Source: Candidatus Uhrbacteria bacterium RIFCSPLOWO2_01_FULL_47_25
GTDB taxonomy: Bacteria > Patescibacteriota > Patescibacteriia > GWA2-46-9
Direction: 5' to 3'
Assembly (NCBI GenBank): GCA_001791325.1
Contig: MGEK01000004.1
Location: forward strand, 8,566-72,565
DNA: 64,000 nucleotides
Shown: one piece after another, positions 1-7,685 of the stretch
Numbering within the stretch: position 1 is the first letter of the stretch
How the letters are laid out: each line of letters begins with the position of its first letter
Position numbers and translations under genes: made by a program
Notes under the pieces: generated by a model
What the model was told of the DNA's origin: nothing
The model's input: the letters and a program-made list of their open reading frames with translations, nothing else
Databases searched by the model: none

Positions 1-339
1 CCAGCCGTTGCCAGTGACTTGCTGACGCCGTCGCCTCAAGAGGCAGTTCTCATGCCGGCATCTTCAAAGAGTCAATTGGAAAAGGAAATAGAGGACGTAC
101 TAGCCGAAGATCTTGAAAAATTGTATTGGGAACTGCCGGAACCGGAACGTTTTATTTTTAAGTACAAAGGAGAAGAAACCGCTTCAAAAATTCGTCTGCT
201 TTTAGGAGAAACGGTTGTACGCGCGCAAGAGATATTCCGCTTAATAGTGGAATGGCTTAAACTTTTACCCGGTGTAAATAATTTTTTTATTGAACAGGAA
301 GCAAAGATTAAGACTGATAAATTGTTAAAATTTCGCTAG
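1..339 (+). CDS. hypothetical protein, probably 5'-truncated at window edge (frame open from position 1; listed ORF starts at TTG 19)
   Basis: Open frame 1..339 with no upstream stop; no recognisable motifs. Confidence 0.3.
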   Translation, partial: PAVASDLLTPSPQEAVLMPASSKSQLEKEIEDVLAEDLEKLYWELPEPERFIFKYKGEETASKIRLLLGETVVRAQEIFRLIVEWLKLLPGVNNFFIEQEAKIKTDKLLKFR

Positions 340-357
340 CTTTTTGGTTTTTCTGAA

Positions 358-2916
358 ATGTTAGAAACTATTGTACCGCCACCACCGTCATTGCCGGATG
401 ATTTAACCGGTTCGTTTATGACTTTGGTCTTAATTGTATTGCCCTGGCTTTTGGCGGGAATTGTTTTGGCCGCGCTGTTCATGATTGGGCTATGGATAAT
501 ATATAAGCGCTTACACCATCGTTGGCTGTCAGCTTTTGGACAAGTCATTTTATTAGTAACCGTTCCTAAAGATAGCGCGAAAGAAAAGGAGCGGCAGGAA
601 ACACAGGAAGCAGTGAGGGAAGATATTTCAGTGGCCGAAACCTTTTTTTCTGCCATCGGCGGTATGCGGGCTGAACGGGGCTTAGGGGCTATATTTTTTG
701 GCCGACAGGATCATCTTGCTTTGGAAATAGTGGCGGCCAAGGGGCTTATTTCATTCTACGCGGCTGTGCCAAAACATTTACAGCGATTGATTGAGCAGCA
801 AATAGAAGCGCAATATCCGGAAGCGCAGATTGAAGAAGTGCATGACTATAATATGTTTGTGCCGCGCGGCGCGGCAGTTGGCGCAGTATTGAAATTCCGT
901 CGCCCTTATATTTTCCCCATTAAAACATACCGTGAAATTGAATCTGATCCAATGTCCGCGATAACGAACGCCATGAGCCGGCTGGGGGATGCTGGCGCGG
1001 CTATTCAAATTATCGTGCGTTCGGCCAAGCGTCGTTGGCACTGGTACGGCAAAAAGGTGGCTTCAGAAATGCATCAAGGCAAAACCGTGCTGGAGGCCCT
1101 GCGCCTTGGCCATCCCAACGCTTTTGTGAGAGGATGGTGGGCTGTCATTAAAACCTTGACCGCCAAACCAAAAAAGAAAGAAGAAGCGGAAAATATAAAG
1201 TCGCATCAACTGACCGCTCTTGAGCAAGAGATGGCTAAACGTTTGGAAGAAAAAACCAGTAAAGCCGGCATGGATGCCAATATCAGAGTTATTGTTTCAG
1301 CTGGCACTAAATCGGAGGCGGAACACAATCTTCGCAACATTTTAAACAGCTTTACTCAATATAATCTTTATCAATACGGTAACAGCTTTACCATACAGCG
1401 TCCCCGTAATCAGAAAAAATTGATGCAAGATTTCATTTACCGGCATTATGCAAAGCGACAGCGAGTATTATTGAATACGGAAGAACTTGCCAGTCTGTTT
1501 CATTTTCCTCTGCCCAAGACAGAAACACCAAATATTCGCTGGTTGCGGGCCAAAAAAGCGCCAGCCCCCTTGAATCTTTGTGCCGATGGAGCGATTTTGG
1601 GGCGCAATACTTATCGCGGCGTGACCCAAGCTGTACGCATTGGCCGCGATGACCGCCGCCGCCACGCTTATATTATCGGTACAACCGGTTCAGGTAAGTC
1701 AGTTTTAATGGGAGAGATGGCCAAACAGGATATTGCCGCCGGACATGGTGTTTGCGTGGTAGATCCGCACGGTTCTTTGGTTGACGACATTCTGGAATGT
1801 ATTCCCAAAGAGCGGACCGAAGATGTAATTTATTTTGATCCCTCTGACACGGAGCGCCCCATTGGTCTCAATATGTTGGAAGCGCGGACTGACGCGGAAA
1901 TGGATTTTGTCACTCAAGAAATGATTTCTATTTTCTATAAATTAGTGACTGATCCAGCTATGATTGGGCCGATGTTTGAACATAATATGCGAAACGCGAT
2001 GCTAACGTTAATGGCTGATAAAGAATATCCAGGAACCATTGCCGAAATTCCGCGGATGTTTACTGATCAGGCTTTCCAGAAGTATAAAGTCGACAAGCTT
2101 ACTGATCCTGTGGTCAGAGCCTTTTGGGAAAAAGAAATGGCTAAAACAACCGATTTTCACAAATCAGAAATGCTTGGTTACTTAATTTCAAAAGTTGGTC
2201 GCTTTGTGGAAAACACTATGATGCGCAACATCATCGGCCAGCCGGTTTCCGGTTTCAATGTTCGGCAGATTATGGATAACGGTAAAATATTATTGGTGAA
2301 TTTATCAAAGGGCAAAGTAGGGGAGATAAACAGCAATCTTTTGGGGCTTATTATTGTGAGTAAATTACAAATGGCCGCTTTTGGCCGCGCCGACCGGCCA
2401 GCCAATGAGATTAGCGATTTTTATCTGTATATTGATGAATTTCAGAATTTTATTACGGACTCTATCGCCGTTATTTTGTCTGAAGCTCGTAAATATCGTT
2501 TGAACTTAGTAATGGCTCACCAGTATCTCGGCCAGCTCTCGCAAGGGCAAGATACTAAGATTCGTGACGCTGTTTTGGGTAACGTTGGAACGATGGTGGC
2601 GTTTCGCATCGGGGTGGAAGATGCCGAGGTTTTGGCTAAACAGTTTGATCCGGTTTTTAATGAGTATGATTTGGTGAACATAGATCGGTATCATGCCTAT
2701 GTTCGTCTGCTTGTCAATAATTCAGTAGCTCGGCCGTTTGACATTGATACCTTGCCGCCAACTATCGGGCGGCGAGATCGTGCGGCGCTCTTAAAACAGA
2801 TTTCCCGCTTAAAATACGGCCGTGATCGGGCTATCGTGGAGGCCGAAATTCTTGAGCGCAGTAATTTAGGCGAGGTTAATAGGGCGCCCCAACTCACCAC
2901 GGAGAGCCGTTTATAG
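358..2916 (+). CDS. membrane-anchored P-loop ATPase, TraG/TraD/VirD4 (type IV coupling protein)-like
   Basis: N-terminal TM helix; Walker A IIGTTGSGKS; Walker B-like FYLYIDEFQNF; C-terminal AHQYLGQL...GNVGTMVAFRIG resembles the T4CP Q-x-x-QL / TraM-recognition region. Confidence 0.5.
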   Translation: MLETIVPPPPSLPDDLTGSFMTLVLIVLPWLLAGIVLAALFMIGLWIIYKRLHHRWLSAFGQVILLVTVPKDSAKEKERQETQEAVREDISVAETFFSAIGGMRAERGLGAIFFGRQDHLALEIVAAKGLISFYAAVPKHLQRLIEQQIEAQYPEAQIEEVHDYNMFVPRGAAVGAVLKFRRPYIFPIKTYREIESDPMSAITNAMSRLGDAGAAIQIIVRSAKRRWHWYGKKVASEMHQGKTVLEALRLGHPNAFVRGWWAVIKTLTAKPKKKEEAENIKSHQLTALEQEMAKRLEEKTSKAGMDANIRVIVSAGTKSEAEHNLRNILNSFTQYNLYQYGNSFTIQRPRNQKKLMQDFIYRHYAKRQRVLLNTEELASLFHFPLPKTETPNIRWLRAKKAPAPLNLCADGAILGRNTYRGVTQAVRIGRDDRRRHAYIIGTTGSGKSVLMGEMAKQDIAAGHGVCVVDPHGSLVDDILECIPKERTEDVIYFDPSDTERPIGLNMLEARTDAEMDFVTQEMISIFYKLVTDPAMIGPMFEHNMRNAMLTLMADKEYPGTIAEIPRMFTDQAFQKYKVDKLTDPVVRAFWEKEMAKTTDFHKSEMLGYLISKVGRFVENTMMRNIIGQPVSGFNVRQIMDNGKILLVNLSKGKVGEINSNLLGLIIVSKLQMAAFGRADRPANEISDFYLYIDEFQNFITDSIAVILSEARKYRLNLVMAHQYLGQLSQGQDTKIRDAVLGNVGTMVAFRIGVEDAEVLAKQFDPVFNEYDLVNIDRYHAYVRLLVNNSVARPFDIDTLPPTIGRRDRAALLKQISRLKYGRDRAIVEAEILERSNLGEVNRAPQLTTESRL

Positions 2917-2919
2917 TCA

Positions 2920-2945
2920 CCCCGCTCGGCGGGGCAATTTCTTGC
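2920..2945 (+). terminator. putative intrinsic terminator after the ATPase gene
   Basis: GC hairpin CCCCGC-tcg-GCGGGG followed by caatttctt. Confidence 0.35.
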
Positions 2946-3044
2946 AGAAGCTCAGATACACATTCTGGACTTAGTCGGCAGTTTGTTTTATACTGCTTTG
3001 GCGTAATTTATTAACTAAAATGAAGCACACATGGATTTACGCCC

Positions 3045-3893
3045 ATGGCATCCTTCATTTTTTCGGCGGAATCCGCCGAAGCACCCTCCTTTGCTCATCA
3101 GTGTCGGAGGGTCCGCCATTCGCATTCATCCACGGCTTTACAGCCTTGGTCTTCTGCAAAGGCGGATAAATTAAACAAAAAGCGTATGGTTAGCCAAAAA
3201 ACACAAAGCAACGAGGAAACAAACATTTTACAGAACACGAATTCATCGGACGAATCAGTGGATAGTCCTGATGCTAATACTAATAGCGAAATAACAGCTA
3301 AGACGGCTAGTGCTAAATTGGCTCTTGTTGTGGAACTCATGACGCAAGCCGAGAATATGCTTGTTCAGGCGCGTCAGCTTATTCAAACAACGGTATCATT
3401 GCCGTTGCCTAAAATTGGCCGAACTATTGAGTCCGCTGATATAGGCAACGACGATTCTCCTGTGATTGAAGGAGTTTTTGACGGTCAGCAAATGATCGGC
3501 CCGGACGGCAAGCATTATTCCGTGCCAGCCAATTATGCTTCTAAGTCCAAACTGGTTGAGGGCGATCTCATGAAATTAACTATTACTCCCAAGGGAGCTT
3601 TTGTTTATAAACAAATTGGGCCGATTGCTCGTCGCCGCTTGCGCGGTATTTTAGTGTGCAATCAAGGGGGGAACGATTATTCAGCAAAAGTCAATGATCG
3701 CCTTTATCGTATTTTGACAGCCAGCGTCACTTATTTTCATGGGCGTGAAGGTGATGAAGTCATTATTTTAGTACCGGAAAACGGAGAGAGCAAATGGGCC
3801 GCGGTGGAAAATATAGTCAAGTCGTCAGAGCAGCTGGGGACCACGTTGGCTACTGGACAAGCAGTGTCCGATGAAGAAATAGATGGTATTTAA
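3045..3893 (+). CDS. hypothetical protein (low-complexity N-terminus; real start possibly ATG 3186)
   Basis: 282-aa ORF, no recognisable motifs. Confidence 0.45.
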   Translation: MASFIFSAESAEAPSFAHQCRRVRHSHSSTALQPWSSAKADKLNKKRMVSQKTQSNEETNILQNTNSSDESVDSPDANTNSEITAKTASAKLALVVELMTQAENMLVQARQLIQTTVSLPLPKIGRTIESADIGNDDSPVIEGVFDGQQMIGPDGKHYSVPANYASKSKLVEGDLMKLTITPKGAFVYKQIGPIARRRLRGILVCNQGGNDYSAKVNDRLYRILTASVTYFHGREGDEVIILVPENGESKWAAVENIVKSSEQLGTTLATGQAVSDEEIDGI

Positions 3894-3984
3894 TTAAATC
3901 CCGCGCCACCCCTGCCTGACGGCAGTCAGGGGTGGCGCGGTACTCCGGACGGATGACTTTCTAGAATACGGGACAAACATGTCA

Positions 3985-4020
3985 TATCACCTTTTGTCGC
4001 AATTGCGACAAAAGGTGATA
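3985..4020. repeat. perfect 36-bp palindrome TATCACCTTTTGTCGCAATTGCGACAAAAGGTGATA
   Basis: Checked base by base; sits upstream of the dnaX region. Confidence 0.8.
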
Positions 4021-4059
4021 ATTAATCGCCATTGACTCGTTTTATAGCCTAGTGCTAGG

Positions 4060-4330
4060 ATTATATCGGCTTCTGGAACGGATGCGATTGCGTAGCGCAC
4101 GAACCCCACGAACGTGGGGAGTGGGGCGTCCGCTCAAGAAGCGAAGGGGGGTTCGTTGGTTTGCCCCAACGGCAGCACCGCTCGACGGGGCGTCGCGCAA
4201 CACGCAACACGCGACACCAACGCAATCCTCTGGCCCGGCACCATTCTCTTCCTCTGGTGCCGGGCCCCTTCATTTTGGACATTCCTTCGCTTTTCATAGT
4301 AATATAATGGAGCTTAATCATTATAGTTAA
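4060..4330. ncRNA. GC-rich structured intergenic region; candidate small RNA (SRP RNA/ffs is one possibility given its position upstream of dnaX)
   Basis: About 60% GC in an otherwise AT-rich genome. Several hairpins (CCCCACGAACGTGGGG; GGCCCGGCACCA...TGGTGCCGGGCC). The 5' GAAGGGGGG can pair with 3' CCCCTTC. Only overlapping both-strand ORFs without protein features. Weak resemblance of GGGGGGUUCGUUGGUUUGCCCCAACGGCAGCACC to the 4.5S RNA 5' region. Confidence 0.25.
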
Positions 4331-4333
4331 TTT

Positions 4334-5449
4334 ATGCCAACGGCAATTTATCAAAAATATCGTCCTCGCGTTTGGGCCGAGCTGGCTGATCAAAACCATA
4401 TTAAGACCACGCTGGAACATGAAATTTCCCGCGGTCAAATTACTCACGCCTATTTGTTCGTTGGACCGCGCGGCGTAGGCAAAACAACAGCCGCGCGGCT
4501 GCTGGCCAAATCCGTAAACTGCCAGAATCGCAAGCCGGGCGTTGCTGAACCGTGCAATGAGTGTGAAGTATGCGGTCGCATTCAGGCCGGTCGATCTTTT
4601 GACATTATTGAGATAGACGCCGCTTCGCATACAGGCGTTGATCACGTTCGTGAGCATATTTTGGAAAGCGCCGAGGTGTCCGCCGGGCATGGGACTTATC
4701 GTATTTTTATTATTGACGAAGTGCATATGCTCTCTACGGCGGCTTTTAACGCCATGCTCAAAATTTTAGAAGAACCGCCAGCGCACGTCATTTTTATATT
4801 AGCCACGACCGAAGTGCACAAAGTGCCAGCTACCATTATTTCCCGTTGTCAGCGTTTTAATTTCAAAAAAATTCCGGCTGACGCCATTCGCCAACGTTTG
4901 CGCTCAATCACGCAGGCGGAAAAAATGAACGTTGACGAAGAGGTGCTAAATGTTATTGCCGAACATTCAGACGGCTCATTGAGAGATGCCGAGAGTATGT
5001 TGGGGCAGGTGCTTGCTCTGGGCGGCAAAAAAATTACCATGCTGGAAGCTTCGCTCGTGATTCCTCGCTCCAATCTTAATGAAGCGGCAAATTTAGTAGG
5101 ATTAATTTTGAAAAACGACGCGGCTGGCGCTTTGTCATTGGCCAATAACTTAGTTGAGCAGGGGATATCAGTTTCGGTGTTTATGCAAGATATTATTGTC
5201 TGGTTAAGAAATATGCTTCTGGCTAAAGTAGGGGAACGATTGGATCTTTTTTCTCGCGACACTTTAGGAGAGTTGCAGAGTCGTCTGTTAAAAGACGCGG
5301 TTGGCGTTTCGGCGCGTGAGGCGCAGGAGCTAATAGACATTTTTTTGAGGCGACGACAGAATCTGGGAGAATCGCCCTTGCCGCAGCTGCCCCTGGAGCT
5401 TGCCATTATTGAGGCCTGTACTTTGAAGGCTGATGGAATGGAGTCATAA
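4334..5449 (+). CDS. dnaX: DNA polymerase III subunit gamma/tau (N-terminal ATPase part)
   Basis: YRPRVWAELADQ...LFVGPRGVGKTTAARLLAKSVNC...CNECEVC...IIDEVHML, the canonical DnaX Walker A/zinc module/Walker B. Confidence 0.9.
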   Translation: MPTAIYQKYRPRVWAELADQNHIKTTLEHEISRGQITHAYLFVGPRGVGKTTAARLLAKSVNCQNRKPGVAEPCNECEVCGRIQAGRSFDIIEIDAASHTGVDHVREHILESAEVSAGHGTYRIFIIDEVHMLSTAAFNAMLKILEEPPAHVIFILATTEVHKVPATIISRCQRFNFKKIPADAIRQRLRSITQAEKMNVDEEVLNVIAEHSDGSLRDAESMLGQVLALGGKKITMLEASLVIPRSNLNEAANLVGLILKNDAAGALSLANNLVEQGISVSVFMQDIIVWLRNMLLAKVGERLDLFSRDTLGELQSRLLKDAVGVSAREAQELIDIFLRRRQNLGESPLPQLPLELAIIEACTLKADGMES

Positions 5450-5483
5450 CCGAGCTCTTCTTCTTTTTTCATAAGGTGTTTGA

Positions 5484-5610
5484 GCTGGGAGATCGTCTAA
5501 CTGGCCCCGTTAGAATTTACAAGGACTTCCTCCTAAAGCTGCCGGGTCGTCTAACGGTAGGACGCCAGGTTCTGGCCCTGGTAATCTAGGCCCGCCCCCA
5601 CACTAATAAG
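5484..5610 (+). pseudogene. tRNA-Gln-like 5' fragments. A 5'-fragment CTGGGAGATCGTCTAA is interrupted by a CCCCGTTAGAA element end. B is the 5' two-thirds of a tRNA-Gln(CTG)-like gene ending in the T-stem, followed by stem arm CCCGCCCCCACACTAAT
   Basis: Sequence identity to the intact tRNA-Gln at 5792; anticodon arm CCAGG-TTCTGGC-CCTGG. Confidence 0.5.
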
Positions 5611-5652
5611 ATCATCTCATAAATTTGTGGTGAAATGTAATAATGTAATGTT

Positions 5653-5726
5653 GTACATATGCCTGCGGGGTCGTCTAATGGTAGGACACGACGCTCTGGA
5701 CGTCGGTATCTAGGCACGCCCCGCAC
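5653..5726 (+). pseudogene. tRNA-Gln(CTG) 5' part (acceptor, D and anticodon arms, T-stem 5' strand) followed by stem arm CACGCCCCGCACC. Its 3' partner is at 5881-5920
   Basis: CTGCGGGG...CGACG-CTCTGGA-CGTCG...CTAGG; acceptor complement CCCCGCAG is found at 5901-5908. Confidence 0.5.
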
Positions 5727-5791
5727 CAATTTAACTTTGTCTAGATGTTATTGTATTATACTTTTACATAAAAAGATCTAAGAAGCCGATC

Positions 5792-5863
5792 TGGGAGATC
5801 GTCTAATGGTAGGACACGACGCTCTGGACGTCGGTATCTAGGTTCGAATCCTAGTCTCCCAGA
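5792..5863 (+). tRNA. tRNA-Gln(CTG), intact
   Basis: TGGGAGA/TCTCCCA acceptor, D-arm TCTAATGGTAGGAC, anticodon arm CGACG-CTCTGGA-CGTCG, T-arm CTAGG-TTCGAAT-CCTAG. Confidence 0.8.
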
Positions 5864-5880
5864 TTGGTTTCTTAGAAATT

Positions 5881-5979
5881 GGTGCGGGGTGAAAGTCCTA
5901 GCCCCGCAGGCATGTGTACAATTTGAGAAAGTTGTTAATCTGAACGATTAGTGTGGGGGTGAAAGTCCTAGTCTCCCAG
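5881..5979 (+). pseudogene. tRNA-Gln 3' fragments: GGTGCGGGGTG-AAAGT-CCTAG-CCCCGCAGG (5881-5910) and AGTGTGGGGGTG-AAAGT-CCTAG-TCTCCCAG (5950-5979)
   Basis: Each is a T-stem 3' strand plus acceptor 3' strand, preceded by the complement of the stem arms at 5713-5726 and 5591-5607. Confidence 0.5.
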
Positions 5980-6251
5980 CTTAGCCACTTTATGAACAGT
6001 TAATTAGTGCTGGGTAAGATAGTCTGATTTCAAAAAATAAAAATGAAAGGGCTTGGCTAGAAAATGATATTTTGCTAAAATAGTCGCAGTAATTATTAAT
6101 CGTATAACGTAATCTTTATGGGTGGAAACAGCGCCAAGCGCGCGAGAATGAAGCAGGAAGCAAAACGAGCCAAAAAGCGGCGAGCCAAAAAGTAGTTTTT
6201 GATTATTTTTTTAAATGTCATTGACCACAGAATCAATGGCAAAATTGACTT

Positions 6252-7304
6252 ATGCTATATAATCCTAACCTCTATTCCGTAGAAAGCGTTACCGACGGTC
6301 ATCCTGATAAAATTTGCGATCAAATTTCTGACGCTATTCTTGACGAATGTTTGCGTCAAGATGCCAATAGCCGTGTAGCCATTGAAGCTTTTGGCAGTCA
6401 TGGCATTATTATTGTGGGCGGTGAATTAACGACAAAAGCATGGGTTGATGCGCCAGCGATAGTTAATGGGGTATTGAAAGACATAGGATATGATGATCAT
6501 TATGGCGTAATTTCAAATATCGTTGGCCAATCGCCAGATATAGCAATGGGCGTTGATACTGGCGGCGCTGGTGATCAGGGAATAATGTATGGATATGCCA
6601 CCAATGAAACGCCGGAGTATCTACCTATCGGCGTTGTGCTGGCGCACAAATTGACCAAAGGGCTGGCGGAACTTCGCCAGAGCGGGAAATTGAAATGGTT
6701 ACGGCCGGATGGCAAAGCAGAGGTCATCATACAAAACGGACGAGCGCATAAAGTATTGGTCAGCTGTCAGCACGATGAAGGTGTAAAACAAGAAGAGCTC
6801 AAAAAAGCTTTGATTGAAAATTTAATCATACCCACAATCCGTGATTCATCCGGCGTTGATATTTTTGTAAATCCAACTGGTAAATTTGTGCGCGGCGGTT
6901 TTGACGCGGATACGGGCCTGACTGGTAGAAAAATTATGGTTGATACTTATGGAGGTCTCATTCCGCATGGCGGAGGGTGTTTCTCTGGCAAGGATCCTAC
7001 AAAAGTTGACCGTTCTGCCGCCTATATGGCGAGATTCGCGGCAAAAAATATTGTCGCGAATGGCATGGCGAAAGAATGTTTAGTGTCGGTTGCTTATGCC
7101 ATCGGCATGGCCGATCCTCTAATGCTTGAGGCCGTGAATGAAAAAGGAGAAAGCGTGGTAAAATTGCTTAATCATAAATTTGATTTTCGCCCCTTGGCCA
7201 TTATTGAGCGGCTGAACCTTAGACGGCCGATTTATCGTCAAACCGCGGCTTATGGCCATTTTGGCAAAGCAGGTTTTCCTTGGGAAGAAATAATTAATCT
7301 TTAG
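6252..7304 (+). CDS. metK: S-adenosylmethionine synthetase
   Basis: SVESVTDGHPDKICDQISDAILD, GLTGRKIMVDTYGG, GGGCFSGKDPTKVDRSAAY: MetK signature motifs. Confidence 0.9.
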   Translation: MLYNPNLYSVESVTDGHPDKICDQISDAILDECLRQDANSRVAIEAFGSHGIIIVGGELTTKAWVDAPAIVNGVLKDIGYDDHYGVISNIVGQSPDIAMGVDTGGAGDQGIMYGYATNETPEYLPIGVVLAHKLTKGLAELRQSGKLKWLRPDGKAEVIIQNGRAHKVLVSCQHDEGVKQEELKKALIENLIIPTIRDSSGVDIFVNPTGKFVRGGFDADTGLTGRKIMVDTYGGLIPHGGGCFSGKDPTKVDRSAAYMARFAAKNIVANGMAKECLVSVAYAIGMADPLMLEAVNEKGESVVKLLNHKFDFRPLAIIERLNLRRPIYRQTAAYGHFGKAGFPWEEIINL

Positions 7305-7387
7305 TTCGGAATCTTGGGCGAATCCCGCACTGCGGGGCGAAGAGCATATAGAGTGACCTTGGTTATAATTTAGTTGATGAAACGTCA

Positions 7388-7425
7388 TATATACAAATTG
7401 TGACGATCGTCACAATTTGTATATA
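7388..7425. repeat. perfect 38-bp palindrome TATATACAAATTGTGACGA|TCGTCACAATTTGTATATA
   Basis: Checked base by base; lies between metK and the giant gene. Confidence 0.8.
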
Positions 7426-7542
7426 AATGATTTTGTCTGGAATAATAGAATAGTAAAAATGGAGGAGTTTTTATCCCTATCCCCCGGGGCGGACTGGTTC
7501 GGCGGCAAAGTGCTGGATAAACAAAAAATATGTTATAATATA

Positions 7543-7663
7543 CCCCGTTAGAAGTCTGACTTAGCATAATAATTGCGGCTCTAGTCATGAATAAATACAT
7601 CAACCAGTTAAACACTATAATCATCACAGCCCCGCATAGCGGGGCCGAGGACTTCTAACGGGG
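7543..7663. mobile_element. MITE/RPE-like palindromic element, family 1 (TIR CCCCGTTAGAAG...CTTCTAACGGGG), copy 1
   Basis: 12-bp perfect terminal inverted repeats; internal GCCCCGCATAGCGGGGC hairpin. It is the reverse-orientation relative of copy 3. Confidence 0.65.
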
Positions 7664-7685
7664 TAGATTTTTAAGGTTAGTTCTA

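Noticed and set aside
4060-4330. tmRNA or RNase P RNA identity for the GC-rich region
   Set aside because: No tRNA-like 3' end (GGUUCGAUUCC...CCA) and no RNase P P4 motifs (AGGAAAGUCCGGGCUCC) are recognisable. It is kept only as a generic ncRNA candidate.
4052-4726. ORFs 4052..4330(+), 4114..4299(+) and 4061..4726(-) overlapping the GC-rich region and dnaX
   Set aside because: They overlap one another and the well-supported dnaX gene and have low-complexity, Arg/Gly/Pro-rich translations typical of GC-rich non-coding sequence. They are treated as artefacts of a structured RNA region.
6200-6251. SAM riboswitch upstream of metK
   Set aside because: The 50-130 bp leader shows none of the conserved SAM-I helices or motifs. 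A TATAAT at 6257 is inside the coding sequence and judged coincidental.
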